The notes under the pieces: model-generated
The model's input: the letters and a program-made list of their open reading frames with translations, nothing else
Told to the model about the DNA's origin: nothing
Database searches by the model: none
Position numbers and translations under genes: made by a program
NCBI GenBank assembly: GCA_029258795.1
Contig: JAPDKB010000007.1
Location: forward strand, 64,001 to 128,000
Direction of reading: 5' to 3'
Length of the DNA: 64,000 bases
Source of the DNA: an archaeon
GTDB taxonomy: Archaea > EX4484-52 > WAPT01
Shown: piece after piece, positions 29,850 to 39,575 of the stretch
Layout of the letters: each line of letters starts with the position of its first letter
Position numbering within the stretch: the stretch's first letter is position 1

Positions 29850-31781
29850 TTACCTTGCAATCTCTCCTCCTCCTGCGGGAAGTCTGGCTATGATCTCGTC
29901 AATGCTCATCGATTCAAGCACCTCTTTCTCCTCCTTGGAAAGGAGGTTCATCAGCTTCGACTTAACCCGCTCCGCAAGCTCTTTGGGCTTTGTGGTGCCC
30001 GGCTTTATGACCACGAATTTGTTGGTTCTGCTCTTCACCGCTTCCACAGGCCACACCACAAGCTCATTATCCAGCAGAGCCACAGCAAGCGAGAGCTCGG
30101 CCTTAATCCAGTTTCTCTCGCCGTAAATCATGAAAGCTCCTTTTCCCATGTACTCCCCAGCCGGTGTTTTCTTGCTCACCTGCTCCGGCTTGACATAAAA
30201 CACCTGCAGAGCCGTGACACCTTCTCTCCAAGCTCTGGAGAAGGACGCCACGAACTGAGCCATCTCCCTTAAATCCTGCAGAGGAGCTTTATCAAGTGCT
30301 CCCTTCAACAAACCAAATGGCGCGCCCTTGTAATCAGCATGGAAAACCCAGTCCTCTTTCTCAGCATATTTCTTGATGAGCACCTCGTTGGTTGTGGCAT
30401 CTCTAGCGCACACACCCAGAAAGCCGGAAGAAGAGATGAACCACCTGAACTTCTCGTACCACTTCTTTTTCTTCTTTTCCTTTTTCACGATGATCTTCTT
30501 TTCTATCTCTTCTTCCACCATTTCTTCCTTCTGCCTCGCTTCCTCCAGCTTTCTTTTCGTTTCCTCCATCTGGGACTTTAGCGTCTCCACTTTCTTTCTC
30601 ATGCGCTTCGCTTCCTCGAAATGCATCGATGCAATCTCGTGAATGTTCCTGTCAAGCTTGAGTTTAATCTCCACACCGTCCAGCTCGATGACCACTTCTT
30701 TTTCTTTGGCCGATGCTCTCTTGACAAGGGGGTGATGCATAATTTCATGCAGTTCCATCGTGCTGAATTTGGAAAGCATCTCCTCCACTTTATCGTAGTG
30801 CTCGTAGATTTTCTCGCCCGCTTTCCTCAGCTTTTCTTCCATTTCCTCGTATCTTTTCAGAGCTTCCATCTGCATCTCCAGCCTGTGCTCTAAACGTTCC
30901 GCTAAGCTGTATCTGCTCTTTCCCTTTCTCATTTCCTCGGCTTCCTTTACCTTCAGCATCTCCACAAAATAATCGTTGATGGCATCGTTGAACGATTCGT
31001 AGTGCTTCAGCTTCATCTTCTCGTAAACCTTAAGGCGGAAAGGAACGACATCCACCATATTACCCTGATCATCAAGAACTATGGCAGGACCGGGTTGTTT
31101 TTCAAAAAGCCCCCTCGCAGCTTCAACAATACTCTCCACATTTTCCTCACCAAGCTCGTGACACTTCTTGCTCTTCTCCACCCCTGCCCGCAGACACACC
31201 TCTTCTGCATACACTCCGCTCAGTCCCATTCTTTGAGCAAGGAAAACAACCACCTTTTTATCGCTTTCCTTCCTCATTTCCTTCAGCAGCTCCTCCATAC
31301 TGACATTTCGTGGATCAAGGGGAGGAGCGGGTCTTTCATACGTTCCGTGTATCCTGAGCTCCCTGAATCTCAGATTCTTCTTTATCAAACAGCTCCAGAT
31401 TATGTTCTTCTGGTTATCCACAAAGAAAATGTTCGGTTTGGGGAGTATCTCCACCACAAGCTTGTAGTCCTGCGTTTTAAGAACCACTATTCTATCAAAT
31501 CCAAGCTGCTCAAAACTCTCAACTCTCTTGCCTCGCAGATGCTTTCTCAGAAGCATGGCAAAGTTAGATGGCTTTTCTGGCCTTGGCACTTTGTAGTTGA
31601 GAAGCGCGACAAAGTCTCCGCCAAGCAAAAGCTCCTGCTGGCCATGGCTCGCTTTGTAAAGCTGCAAGAGCAGCTTGTCTTCCTCCAGCTGGTAAATCTT
31701 GCGGATGAGCGAGCCCTCCACTTTATCTTTTATTTCCTTCAGCAGGTAATGAAGGTCTAGAGCGGTAAGCTGCGATTTCAT
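29850..31781 (-). CDS. rqcH: NFACT/Rqc2 ribosome rescue factor
   Basis: FAMLLRKHL, QLGFDRIV, WYEKFRWFISSSG, RDATTNE, GAFMIYGERN. Confidence 0.93.
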   Translation of the reverse strand: MKSQLTALDLHYLLKEIKDKVEGSLIRKIYQLEEDKLLLQLYKASHGQQELLLGGDFVALLNYKVPRPEKPSNFAMLLRKHLRGKRVESFEQLGFDRIVVLKTQDYKLVVEILPKPNIFFVDNQKNIIWSCLIKKNLRFRELRIHGTYERPAPPLDPRNVSMEELLKEMRKESDKKVVVFLAQRMGLSGVYAEEVCLRAGVEKSKKCHELGEENVESIVEAARGLFEKQPGPAIVLDDQGNMVDVVPFRLKVYEKMKLKHYESFNDAINDYFVEMLKVKEAEEMRKGKSRYSLAERLEHRLEMQMEALKRYEEMEEKLRKAGEKIYEHYDKVEEMLSKFSTMELHEIMHHPLVKRASAKEKEVVIELDGVEIKLKLDRNIHEIASMHFEEAKRMRKKVETLKSQMEETKRKLEEARQKEEMVEEEIEKKIIVKKEKKKKKWYEKFRWFISSSGFLGVCARDATTNEVLIKKYAEKEDWVFHADYKGAPFGLLKGALDKAPLQDLREMAQFVASFSRAWREGVTALQVFYVKPEQVSKKTPAGEYMGKGAFMIYGERNWIKAELSLAVALLDNELVVWPVEAVKSRTNKFVVIKPGTTKPKELAERVKSKLMNLLSKEEKEVLESMSIDEIIARLPAGGGEIAR

Positions 31782-31880
31782 GACTCTGACTTTGGATGAG
31801 AGGTTTTTAAATGGTAACGGTTGTGGTTTTCGGGTTTGAAATCCAAACGTTTTTAAAATCTGTGTGGTAATTACTTATGG

Positions 31881-32459
31881 GTGGTTAAAACGAAGGTGGG
31901 ATGGAAAAATCCCGAAATAAGAGAAATTTATGATGATGTCGTTTCGGACTACCGTAATGGAAGGAAAGTGGAGATGGATGTTGTTGTTAAGCTGAAGTTC
32001 GGGTATCCTGCATTTCCTTCTGAGGAGGAGTTAGAGTATGCTGCCAGAAGGACGGGAGGTGTTGAATGCGAGAGGGTTTTCACGGATGGGGATAAAAGGA
32101 AAATTGATGCTGGAAAGGTGCTTGATGAGAGCGGTGGTGCGGAAGCAATTTACAAAGTGGTTTTGAAAGGAGTCACGTATTTTGAAGAGATAAGAGATGT
32201 CCTGTGGAATATATCCAAATATCTTAAAGACAAAAAAGGTGGTGTGCTACCTCTTACTGAAGCAGTGATTGACGAGTTGCATGTGCATTATAAGGATTGT
32301 GGACTGAAGTTTTCTGTGCTGGATGGAGAGGTTGTACTTGCTCCTTCGGAATTGAATTATGTGTGCGGCGGAAAGAATGATATAGTTTACCCTTCAAAAT
32401 GTCCTTATCGAAGCAAGGAGTTTTGCAAGAAGTTTGCGAGGGAAGAGCCGGAGGATTGA
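31881..32459 (+). CDS. Hypothetical protein
   Basis: 192-aa ORF downstream of a TATA-like TTTTTAAAA; no motif recognised. Confidence 0.55.
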   Translation: MVKTKVGWKNPEIREIYDDVVSDYRNGRKVEMDVVVKLKFGYPAFPSEEELEYAARRTGGVECERVFTDGDKRKIDAGKVLDESGGAEAIYKVVLKGVTYFEEIRDVLWNISKYLKDKKGGVLPLTEAVIDELHVHYKDCGLKFSVLDGEVVLAPSELNYVCGGKNDIVYPSKCPYRSKEFCKKFAREEPED

Positions 32460-32470
32460 GGTGGTTTGGT

Positions 32471-32995
32471 GTGCTGCTCGGTAAGGATGAAATAATGGAA
32501 CTCGTTGATGAGGGCTGGCTTGTACAGGGCATGCTTGATCCTGAGGTGCAGGTGCAGCCAGCAGGCATTGATTTGACGCTCGCCAAGATTTTCAGGCTGG
32601 AGGGAGAGGGTGCAATAGATTTCTCCAACGCCAAAAGAAAGCTTCCGGAATACGTGGAGATTGAGCCGGATGAGGATGATTGCTGGAAGCTCGATAAGGG
32701 CACTTACAACGGCACGATGAACGAGTACATAAAGCTTCCAAACGATGTTGCAGCGATTGTGTTACCGAGGTCGTCCGCTCTGGTGTGCGGCATAGAAGCT
32801 CATTCCGCTCTCTGGGATCCGGGATATGAGGGGAGGGGCTTCCTGCACTTCACCATAACGAGGCCTGTGAGGATTTACAGGAACGCGCGAATAGTGCAGA
32901 TGATATTCTTCAGGGTTAGCAGTGAGACGGAAGGTTATGATGGAGTGTTTAAGGGAGAGGATCTGCTTAAGAAAAGCAGGAGAGGTAGGGAATGA
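32471..32995 (+). CDS. dut: Archaeal dUTPase (dCTP deaminase/dUTPase family)
   Basis: QVQPAGIDLT, PRSS, ALWDPGYEGRG, ARIVQM; start moved to GTG 32471 after GAGGTG. Confidence 0.85.
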   Translation: MLLGKDEIMELVDEGWLVQGMLDPEVQVQPAGIDLTLAKIFRLEGEGAIDFSNAKRKLPEYVEIEPDEDDCWKLDKGTYNGTMNEYIKLPNDVAAIVLPRSSALVCGIEAHSALWDPGYEGRGFLHFTITRPVRIYRNARIVQMIFFRVSSETEGYDGVFKGEDLLKKSRRGRE

Positions 32996-32996
32996 T

Positions 32997-33764
32997 ATGG
33001 TGGTTCTTGACAGAATTTTTGAAACCGTGTACGACCACCTCAGAAGAATTGGAGATGAAACAAATGAAGTGTCATTCAACCACTTCAAAAAATATGTGGA
33101 TGAGGGTCGGTTTTTGAAAGCTGTGTGCGGCTCGGAGAAAATACTGAAAGGGGCTCTTGAAGGTGAGTTGAAGTGCGTTATCTATTACATCGCAAAAGAT
33201 AAGGAAGGTATTACCCTAAATGAGAGTTTTAAAACCCTCTCCGAACTGTTCCGGGAGCTGGATTCTTCCATCAAAATTGAAGTTTATGGTAGGGTGTTGA
33301 GCTATGATGAGATAGGAGAGGATGAGAGGAAAATTGGAAACAAGTATTCCGGTTATGTCCTGACTCCGAGAAGAGTAGGGCAGCTCCACACCAAAATTTA
33401 TGAGCAAATAAAAGACGATGACCTGCTCAGAGAGAAGCACGTTGATGAAACAACTGCCAAGATGGTCGTGTTCGAACGTGACTTTGAGAACAGCGGTGTC
33501 TCATGCGCGAGAGAGGAGAACGAAAAGATCATTAAGGATTATGCACTCTGCTTTTGTGGTATAAGAGATGTTGTTACATGGGCGCACGAGCTGGGACACA
33601 AACTCGGTTTGATGCACGTGCTTGACCCCCATGACATTATGTATGAGAGCTCGCATCCCTTTTCCTGCATCCCCATCCCCAGAAAATTCAGGAAATGGTC
33701 AAAGAAACAATGGAAGTATATAAAAAAGCGCATTAATTGGGCGGGATCTGCTGAAAAAAGGTAA
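32997..33764 (+). CDS. Metzincin-type zinc metalloprotease
   Basis: HELGHKLGLMH plus Met-turn DIMY; likely start ATG 32997 just after the dut stop. Confidence 0.75.
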   Translation: MVVLDRIFETVYDHLRRIGDETNEVSFNHFKKYVDEGRFLKAVCGSEKILKGALEGELKCVIYYIAKDKEGITLNESFKTLSELFRELDSSIKIEVYGRVLSYDEIGEDERKIGNKYSGYVLTPRRVGQLHTKIYEQIKDDDLLREKHVDETTAKMVVFERDFENSGVSCAREENEKIIKDYALCFCGIRDVVTWAHELGHKLGLMHVLDPHDIMYESSHPFSCIPIPRKFRKWSKKQWKYIKKRINWAGSAEKR

Positions 33765-33769
33765 AAGAG

Positions 33770-34480
33770 GTGAGAGTCGTGATACGAAAGATACTGCAAT
33801 ACTTAAAACCGGGTAAGGGTGATTCTTCATCGGAAATATCGAGCTTGATGGACGCGAATTTCGGCACAATAAAAAGGATGTTGAGTGAGAGAAAACTGGA
33901 TGTGATTTTGTATCCGGTTGATACTGCGTGGCATTCATGGAACGATCTTTATGAAGATTATGTCAGGGTTTATGCTGCTGTGCGCAAGGGATTTAAAGAA
34001 CTTGGTGGTGTGAATGCTGAGGTTTACTCTTTCAGACCAAACATGAGTCCTGAAACTTTTGAAGAATACTCGACCTTGCTTGACCTTAGCTTAAATAAGA
34101 TGAAGACACTCCACCAGACAATATATGAGGATGTTATGTTCCCGCAAAAACTCGAGAATCTTCATGAAGATATAAGTGTTGTGAAGGTGGTTATTCTCCC
34201 CACCAAAAAAGGCGAAAATAGTTATGACGGAGGGGTTATCCCTCCACGCGAAGCAGAGTCAGGGAGATATGTGAGAGATTATGTGGTTATCAAGAGCGAT
34301 AAACTTGATCCCGGTATGATTTTGCACTATCTCGGACATATGTGTGGATTAACTCACGTTACAGACGGGAAGGATGTTATGTTCTCACCATCTCCGGGAT
34401 GTCCTTCCGAAGTTCATTCTCATAAATTCGGAAGGAAAAGCAAAGAACGATGGTCTAAAATAAAAAGATATTTCTCATGA
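33770..34480 (+). CDS. Metzincin paralogue lacking the catalytic Glu
   Basis: HYLGHMCGLTH plus DVMF; aligns with the upstream gene (LHQTIYE/LHTKIYE, RDYVV/KDYAL, SKERWSKIKR/SKKQWKYIKK). Confidence 0.7.
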   Translation: MRVVIRKILQYLKPGKGDSSSEISSLMDANFGTIKRMLSERKLDVILYPVDTAWHSWNDLYEDYVRVYAAVRKGFKELGGVNAEVYSFRPNMSPETFEEYSTLLDLSLNKMKTLHQTIYEDVMFPQKLENLHEDISVVKVVILPTKKGENSYDGGVIPPREAESGRYVRDYVVIKSDKLDPGMILHYLGHMCGLTHVTDGKDVMFSPSPGCPSEVHSHKFGRKSKERWSKIKRYFS

Positions 34481-34486
34481 TAGGCT

Positions 34487-35068
34487 TTAAGCTTCATCCT
34501 TCTTGTTTTTTCTCTCATCTGATTTTTCCTGTGCTTCGCTTTTTTCTTCCTTTTCCTCCAGATCCTCCTCCCTTATCTTCAGCTTTTCAAAGTATTTTTT
34601 GAGTTCTGCCTCACTCTTCAATCCAAAATACTTCAGGAGGGTTTTGGTTACCCTGAGTTCTTTCGTGTGTCCTTTTGGTTTGACGGTGACGAATCCGCGC
34701 TTCACAAGCTCCTCTATTTGCTCGTAAGCCCTGTTGCCCCTGACTTTAACGACATCGCTCTGCTTGACAGGGCTTTTGTAAGCTATCAGCGCAAGGGTTT
34801 TAAGAGTGCCCGGTGAGAAATCCTTTTCTGGAGCGAGCTTCTCCACATGTTTGAGGTATTGCTCCCTCACATGCATTTCGTAAACGTCATTGCCCAGATG
34901 CCTCACAACCAATGACGTGTTTTCGTATCTCCTCTCCAGCTCCTGAAGGGCTGAAAGAACAGCATCCTTCTTCAAACCTGTGATTCTCTTTATTTCATCT
35001 ACGCTTAACGGCTTGCCCGCCATGAAAAGAGCTGCCTCAACTATGTTAGCATCATTGTTGTTCTGCAT
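34487..35068 (-). CDS. scpB: SMC-Scp complex subunit ScpB
   Basis: VEAALFMAGKPLS, LKTLALIAYKSPVKQS, VRGN, LKYFGL. Confidence 0.93.
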   Translation of the reverse strand: MQNNNDANIVEAALFMAGKPLSVDEIKRITGLKKDAVLSALQELERRYENTSLVVRHLGNDVYEMHVREQYLKHVEKLAPEKDFSPGTLKTLALIAYKSPVKQSDVVKVRGNRAYEQIEELVKRGFVTVKPKGHTKELRVTKTLLKYFGLKSEAELKKYFEKLKIREEDLEEKEEKSEAQEKSDERKNKKDEA

Positions 35069-35074
35069 AAGCTA

Positions 35075-35806
35075 TTATTGATTTTTTGGCTTTATTAAAA
35101 TTTCACCGAAGAGAACGGGCTGCTCGCACACGATTTTCTCGTCCCTTATGAGATGGAGAAGAGATGCAAAATCCCTTATTATCTCTTCCTTCGTCTTGCT
35201 TTTGACAAGCTCGGAGAAGAACACCACACCACTCGGATACAAAAGCTGGAGAATCCTTTCATAGATCTTTTCGATGTGCTCCGAGAAATCCTTTTGATTC
35301 AGCTCGAGGTTGACCATGAAATGGCGCAGCTCCCTTCTTTTCTTCACCTTCATCGCTTTGTTGAGAGCTTCAACCAGCTCCTCAAGCGTGATGCGTCTTT
35401 TGAACTCCCTTCTGATGGGTAAGCGTAACGGAGGAATCACCACTTGCTGCCCTCCACCCAGCTGTGCCTGCTCTTCCGTACCCTGCTGTTCTTGCTGTGT
35501 CTGCTCATCAGCTTTTCCTTCAGCTTCAACGCCCATCAGAGCTTCGCATTTCATTCTGTAGATGATGCTTGCGGCAAGGATTATCCTTGCCGGGATGCGA
35601 AGATTTTCATCCCTCATTTTCTGCAGGATGGTCGTGAATCTATCGCTGAGCTTAACTATGTCTATATCCCAGGGGTCCATATCCTGCACTAGCATTATAA
35701 GTACCTGCTCCCAGTCATCGTAGAGTATGGCTCTTATTAACTCTTCCTCGTAGTCCTTTTCAGAGGTAAAGCTCACTCTTTCATTTTCTGCAAGCACCTC
35801 AGGCAT
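35075..35806 (-). CDS. scpA: Kleisin ScpA
   Basis: MDPWDIDIVKL, RRITLEELVEAL, C-terminal LLHL...EQPVLFGEI. Confidence 0.9.
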   Translation of the reverse strand: MPEVLAENERVSFTSEKDYEEELIRAILYDDWEQVLIMLVQDMDPWDIDIVKLSDRFTTILQKMRDENLRIPARIILAASIIYRMKCEALMGVEAEGKADEQTQQEQQGTEEQAQLGGGQQVVIPPLRLPIRREFKRRITLEELVEALNKAMKVKKRRELRHFMVNLELNQKDFSEHIEKIYERILQLLYPSGVVFFSELVKSKTKEEIIRDFASLLHLIRDEKIVCEQPVLFGEILIKPKNQ

Positions 35807-35819
35807 GTTGATTACCCTT

Positions 35820-36023
35820 CTACACCCACCAGACCACTCGCTTTCTCATGCCGATCTTCTGGGCTTCTGTCCTCCTTTTAACTTTGCCCTCAGCTTTAAG
35901 TCTGTATAGGTGCATGTTTGCTGTGCTCCAGCTTATGCCGAGCTCTTTTGCTATCTCGTAGGTTGAAAGAGGTCCCTTTTTGGAAAGCAACTTCACCAGC
36001 TCTTCATCCACAGACCTAGGCAT
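35820..36023 (-). CDS. Small winged-helix protein heading the scpA-scpB unit
   Basis: GPLSTYEIAKELGISWSTANMHLYRLKAEGKV. Confidence 0.8.
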   Translation of the reverse strand: MPRSVDEELVKLLSKKGPLSTYEIAKELGISWSTANMHLYRLKAEGKVKRRTEAQKIGMRKRVVWWV

Positions 36024-36048
36024 GTTTTATCCCCCTTACTGGTCATCT

Positions 36049-36068
36049 CCGCCTGAAGAATCAGGCGG
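36049..36068. promoter_or_regulatory. Perfect 8-bp inverted repeat in the leader of wHTH-scpA-scpB (operator or RNA hairpin)
   Basis: CCGCCTGA-AGAA-TCAGGCGG between the minus-strand TATA-like TATATAAA (~36094-36101) and the start codon. Confidence 0.5.
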
Positions 36069-36184
36069 GTAAGTTTAGGTAGTGCTCAGCTATTTATATA
36101 CTTTTATATGGTGAGTTTTTTATATTGGCGCGTCTAAAAAGATGGTGTTATATTGAGATATTTTGAAGAGGTTCCTGTGAGGGA

Positions 36185-37468
36185 TCATAGGTAGTATGCA
36201 GGCACTCTATATATTGTACAGCCGTTCCTTTTTTCCTTTCCGAACTCGTTGAGGGTGATGACCAGAGCCCTCTCTGGTCTGTACTCGTTCAGAAAGCTGT
36301 AAAATGACCTTCCCAATCTACCAGAGGTGAGCTTTACTTCCACCGGTACTATGGTGTTTTCGTCCCTTATCAGCACGAAATCCACTTCAGCTTTACCTGT
36401 TGTGCGCCAATAACAAAGCTTGTACTCCTCAAACCCTGTGAATAGCTCCCTGAAAACGAAGTTTTCCAGTAGGGCTCCAGCATCACTCCTCGTCTCGAAC
36501 TCGGAGAAGTTGTTTATTATTGCATTTCTTATCCCCATATCCAGAAAATATATTTTCGGAGTTTTTCTCAGCTCTGTTACAAGGTTTCTATGAAACGGTC
36601 TTAAAGTTTGCACGATATACGTGTGCTTGAGTATGCTGAGGTATTCCTCAGCTTTGTAGAAGCTGATGTTGAGCTGTGATGCGAGAGAAGATGTGGACAT
36701 CAGAGATGCTGTTTTGAATGCCAGCAGCTTCAAAAAATCCTCGAACCTTTCCACCTCCTTTATCCCGAAGTGCACCACAACGTCTTTTTCGAGATATAGA
36801 GTGTAGATGTTTTTGAGTACGAGCTGCTTTTCCTCCGTGCCCTCTGTCTTTATCACTTCGGGATAGCCGCCGAAGATCATGTAATCTTTCAGGTGAGTCA
36901 GCAATTCCTTCTGGAAAATTGGCGGAGCGGGCTCGTCCCTTCCCTTAAGGAAGTTTTTTACTGAAGCGTGCTTCTCTCTGAAGACTCTGGCAAGACCATC
37001 ATCCCTGGCTATCAGAAACTCCTCGAAATCGAAAGAGTAGAGCTCGAAAAGAAAGAGCCTCCCTACCAAGTACGGAAGCACATTTGTTCTTAATTCCAAG
37101 GATGAAGAGCCGGAGAAGATCACTTTTACATCTTCCGCAAAGTGATCGTAGATCAGTTTGAGCTTCTCTCCCGCATTTTTGACACGCTGAATCTCGTCCA
37201 GAAAGAGGAACAGCCTTTTTCCCTCTTTTTTGAATCTTCTCACAAAGTTTAAAGGGTCATCCTCAAGAGCGCGTCTCATATCTGGAAGATCAAGATTTAT
37301 GAACGCTTTTTCTTCATTCTGTATTTTTTGGAAGAGGAGTTGAAGGAGGGTTGTTTTTCCCACCTGTCTTGCACCCCTCACACCCAGCATCTCCTTCCTG
37401 TCCAGCAGCTTCAATAACCTGTCCTCAAGCTTCCTCTTGTAGATTTTATTTGCACCAGCTCCATCCAT
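36185..37468 (-). CDS. AAA+ ATPase (AAA_14) with DUF4143 and C-terminal restriction-like domain
   Basis: GARQVGKTT, FLDEIQ, SGSSS, GGYPE, KIYFLDMG, EVDFV...PVEVK. Confidence 0.92.
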   Translation of the reverse strand: MDGAGANKIYKRKLEDRLLKLLDRKEMLGVRGARQVGKTTLLQLLFQKIQNEEKAFINLDLPDMRRALEDDPLNFVRRFKKEGKRLFLFLDEIQRVKNAGEKLKLIYDHFAEDVKVIFSGSSSLELRTNVLPYLVGRLFLFELYSFDFEEFLIARDDGLARVFREKHASVKNFLKGRDEPAPPIFQKELLTHLKDYMIFGGYPEVIKTEGTEEKQLVLKNIYTLYLEKDVVVHFGIKEVERFEDFLKLLAFKTASLMSTSSLASQLNISFYKAEEYLSILKHTYIVQTLRPFHRNLVTELRKTPKIYFLDMGIRNAIINNFSEFETRSDAGALLENFVFRELFTGFEEYKLCYWRTTGKAEVDFVLIRDENTIVPVEVKLTSGRLGRSFYSFLNEYRPERALVITLNEFGKEKRNGCTIYRVPAYYL

Positions 37469-37807
37469 GCAATTCTATTTTTACTCACAACTATTTAAAA
37501 TTTATTCTATAATTTTTGAATTGAATTTGAAAATTCTAGAGATAAAAAAAGGACTCCAGTCATGAGTTGGATTGAGTCATGTAGTGTTAGATTTTGCTAA
37601 CGGTTGTTAGAAAGTTGTGATAATTCATCACAAGCCGAAACTGGTAAGAAAAACGTTCCAGACAGAGTGTGCAATTATTGGTAGAATTATAGCAGGGTCA
37701 GGTTAAGGAACTCGACCCTGCTAAAACGCAATTTAAATGCCGGGGCTCATACTTTGTGTGGCTTGTATTGAATATTTTTGGTTAAATTTTTAATTCTACC
37801 TTTCTAA

Positions 37808-37860
37808 ATAGGTTAAAATGCATTTAACCTATAGCTTAAGAGCAACCTATAAAAATTTTT
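37808..37860 (+). promoter_or_regulatory. Palindromic operator-like site plus BRE/TATA promoter of hsdM
   Basis: ATAGGTTAAA-ATGCA-TTTAACCTAT (37808-37832), then AGCAACC-TATAAAAA ending about 22 nt before the ATG at 37878. Confidence 0.6.
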
Positions 37861-37877
37861 AAACCCACATAAAAACC

Positions 37878-39575
37878 ATGTCATCAAAGGCCTTTGAGCC
37901 GTGGATCCGGATTAGATATCAGATTCTGCTTAAAGAGTTCGGAGAGCGAGAATTCACAAGAAAGGATGCGGAAATTGCTTTAAGCAAGCATGACAAACCC
38001 TTACTAAACATAAACGAGCTCTTCAGCATCTTGGCAAAAGAGGGCTTGTTACAATCTAAAGAAAAAAACGGTAAGCACTTCTACAGGCTCACACCACCTA
38101 CAGAAGAGAAAGTTAAGGCTACGAGGGACCAAATTATAAGAGTTCTGAAAAATGGGGCAGATATCATCAGGAATAGGGAATACAGAATGCTGCTTGTTCT
38201 CTTGTTCTATAAAGCTCTGAGTGATAGGTGGGTCAAGAAGGTGGAGGAATATCTTAAAGAGGTTGATGATGTCAAGGCTGCTTATCATCTCGCAAATATC
38301 GAATACTATTACCTTTATGATGAGCCAGAAGATAAGCTTTATACATGGGATGAGGTTGTAAAGGATAAGGTTAATCTGGTAAACAACTTCATAGTGGCCT
38401 TGAATAGGATTGCTGAACTAAATGATAAGCTGGCCGATATTAAAATTCTTGTCGATAAACTTGGATTTGCAGGATTTGTAGCCAATGAGGAGAACTATCT
38501 ATTGTTTAAGGATCTTGTAGAGAGTTTTAACAGGTTGGACTTGAGGGAAGCTAACTATGATATCATTGGAGATGCTTATGAATGGATTCTGTCCTATTTT
38601 GCTCCAACCAAAGCAAAGGCAGGAGAGATCTATACACCTAGAGAAGTTATCCGCCTGATGGTTGAGATTCTTGATATTCCTCCCAATTCAGATGTTCTTG
38701 ATCCTGCATGTGGTTCATGTGCCATGCTCATAGAAGCGTACAAATACGCTAGTGAGAAATACCAAGACGGTAAAACTTTGAGGCTTGAAGGTCAGGAATG
38801 GGATGATCTAACTTGTGTGCTCGGAAAACTTAACCTTGTTATGCATGGAATCACAGAAAACTACACGGTGCATCTTGGGGATAGCTTGATAAACCAGAAG
38901 TTTTCTCAAGCAGATTATGTTCTGGCCAATCCGCCTTGGAATTTAGATTATGACATCAACAAATCCATGAATGAGAAACTGAAGGAGATTTACAAGTATG
39001 GCATCACTCCAAAACAAAGTGCTGACTGGCTTTGGGTTCAGCTCATGATTCACTTTGCAAGAAAAAAGGTGGCTGTTGTTCTGGATAACGGTGCTTTGTT
39101 TAGGGGAGGAAAAGAGAGGATAATAAGGGAAGGTATAGTTAAAGATGATCTGGTGGAGTGTGTTATCTTGCTTCCTGAGAAATTGTTCTACAATACAGGA
39201 GCACCAGGAATTATAATGATTCTCAACAAAAACAAACCAGAAGAAAGGAAGGGAAAGATTCTGTTTATAAATGCTTCTCAGGAGTTTGAAAAACACCCGG
39301 AAGTCAGGAAATTGAACATCCTAAGCAGGAAAAACATCAACAAAATCGTGAAAGCTTACCGCGAGTTTAAGGACATTGAAGGATTCTGCAGAGTCGTGAG
39401 CTTGGAAGAAATCAAAGAGAATGATTACAACTTGAACGTCACGCTTTACGTTTTCCCACAGGAGGAAGTTGAGGAAATTGACGTTAAAAAGGAGTGGGAG
39501 GAACTGAAGAGGGTTGAGGAGGAGATAAAGGAGGTTGAGAAGAGGGTTGAAGAATTTATTAGGGTGGTGAAGTGA
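37878..39575 (+). CDS. hsdM: Type I R-M methyltransferase subunit with N-terminal wHTH-like extension
   Basis: IIGDAYE, GEIYTPREV, LDPACGS, ANPPW, LPEKLFYNTG, DYNLNV. Confidence 0.95.
   Translation: MSSKAFEPWIRIRYQILLKEFGEREFTRKDAEIALSKHDKPLLNINELFSILAKEGLLQSKEKNGKHFYRLTPPTEEKVKATRDQIIRVLKNGADIIRNREYRMLLVLLFYKALSDRWVKKVEEYLKEVDDVKAAYHLANIEYYYLYDEPEDKLYTWDEVVKDKVNLVNNFIVALNRIAELNDKLADIKILVDKLGFAGFVANEENYLLFKDLVESFNRLDLREANYDIIGDAYEWILSYFAPTKAKAGEIYTPREVIRLMVEILDIPPNSDVLDPACGSCAMLIEAYKYASEKYQDGKTLRLEGQEWDDLTCVLGKLNLVMHGITENYTVHLGDSLINQKFSQADYVLANPPWNLDYDINKSMNEKLKEIYKYGITPKQSADWLWVQLMIHFARKKVAVVLDNGALFRGGKERIIREGIVKDDLVECVILLPEKLFYNTGAPGIIMILNKNKPEERKGKILFINASQEFEKHPEVRKLNILSRKNINKIVKAYREFKDIEGFCRVVSLEEIKENDYNLNVTLYVFPQEEVEEIDVKKEWEELKRVEEEIKEVEKRVEEFIRVVK

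Noticed and set aside
32399-32470. Longer N-termini given by the ORF track for dut (32399) and the metzincin (32922)
   Set aside because: They overlap upstream genes extensively; downstream starts at 32471 and 32997 have RBS-like sequences and fit family lengths.
36063-36074. 12-nt match AGGCGGGTAAGT to the 5' end of the candidate small RNA
   Set aside because: Too short to distinguish from chance in a 64-kb window; revisit only if the RNA is confirmed.
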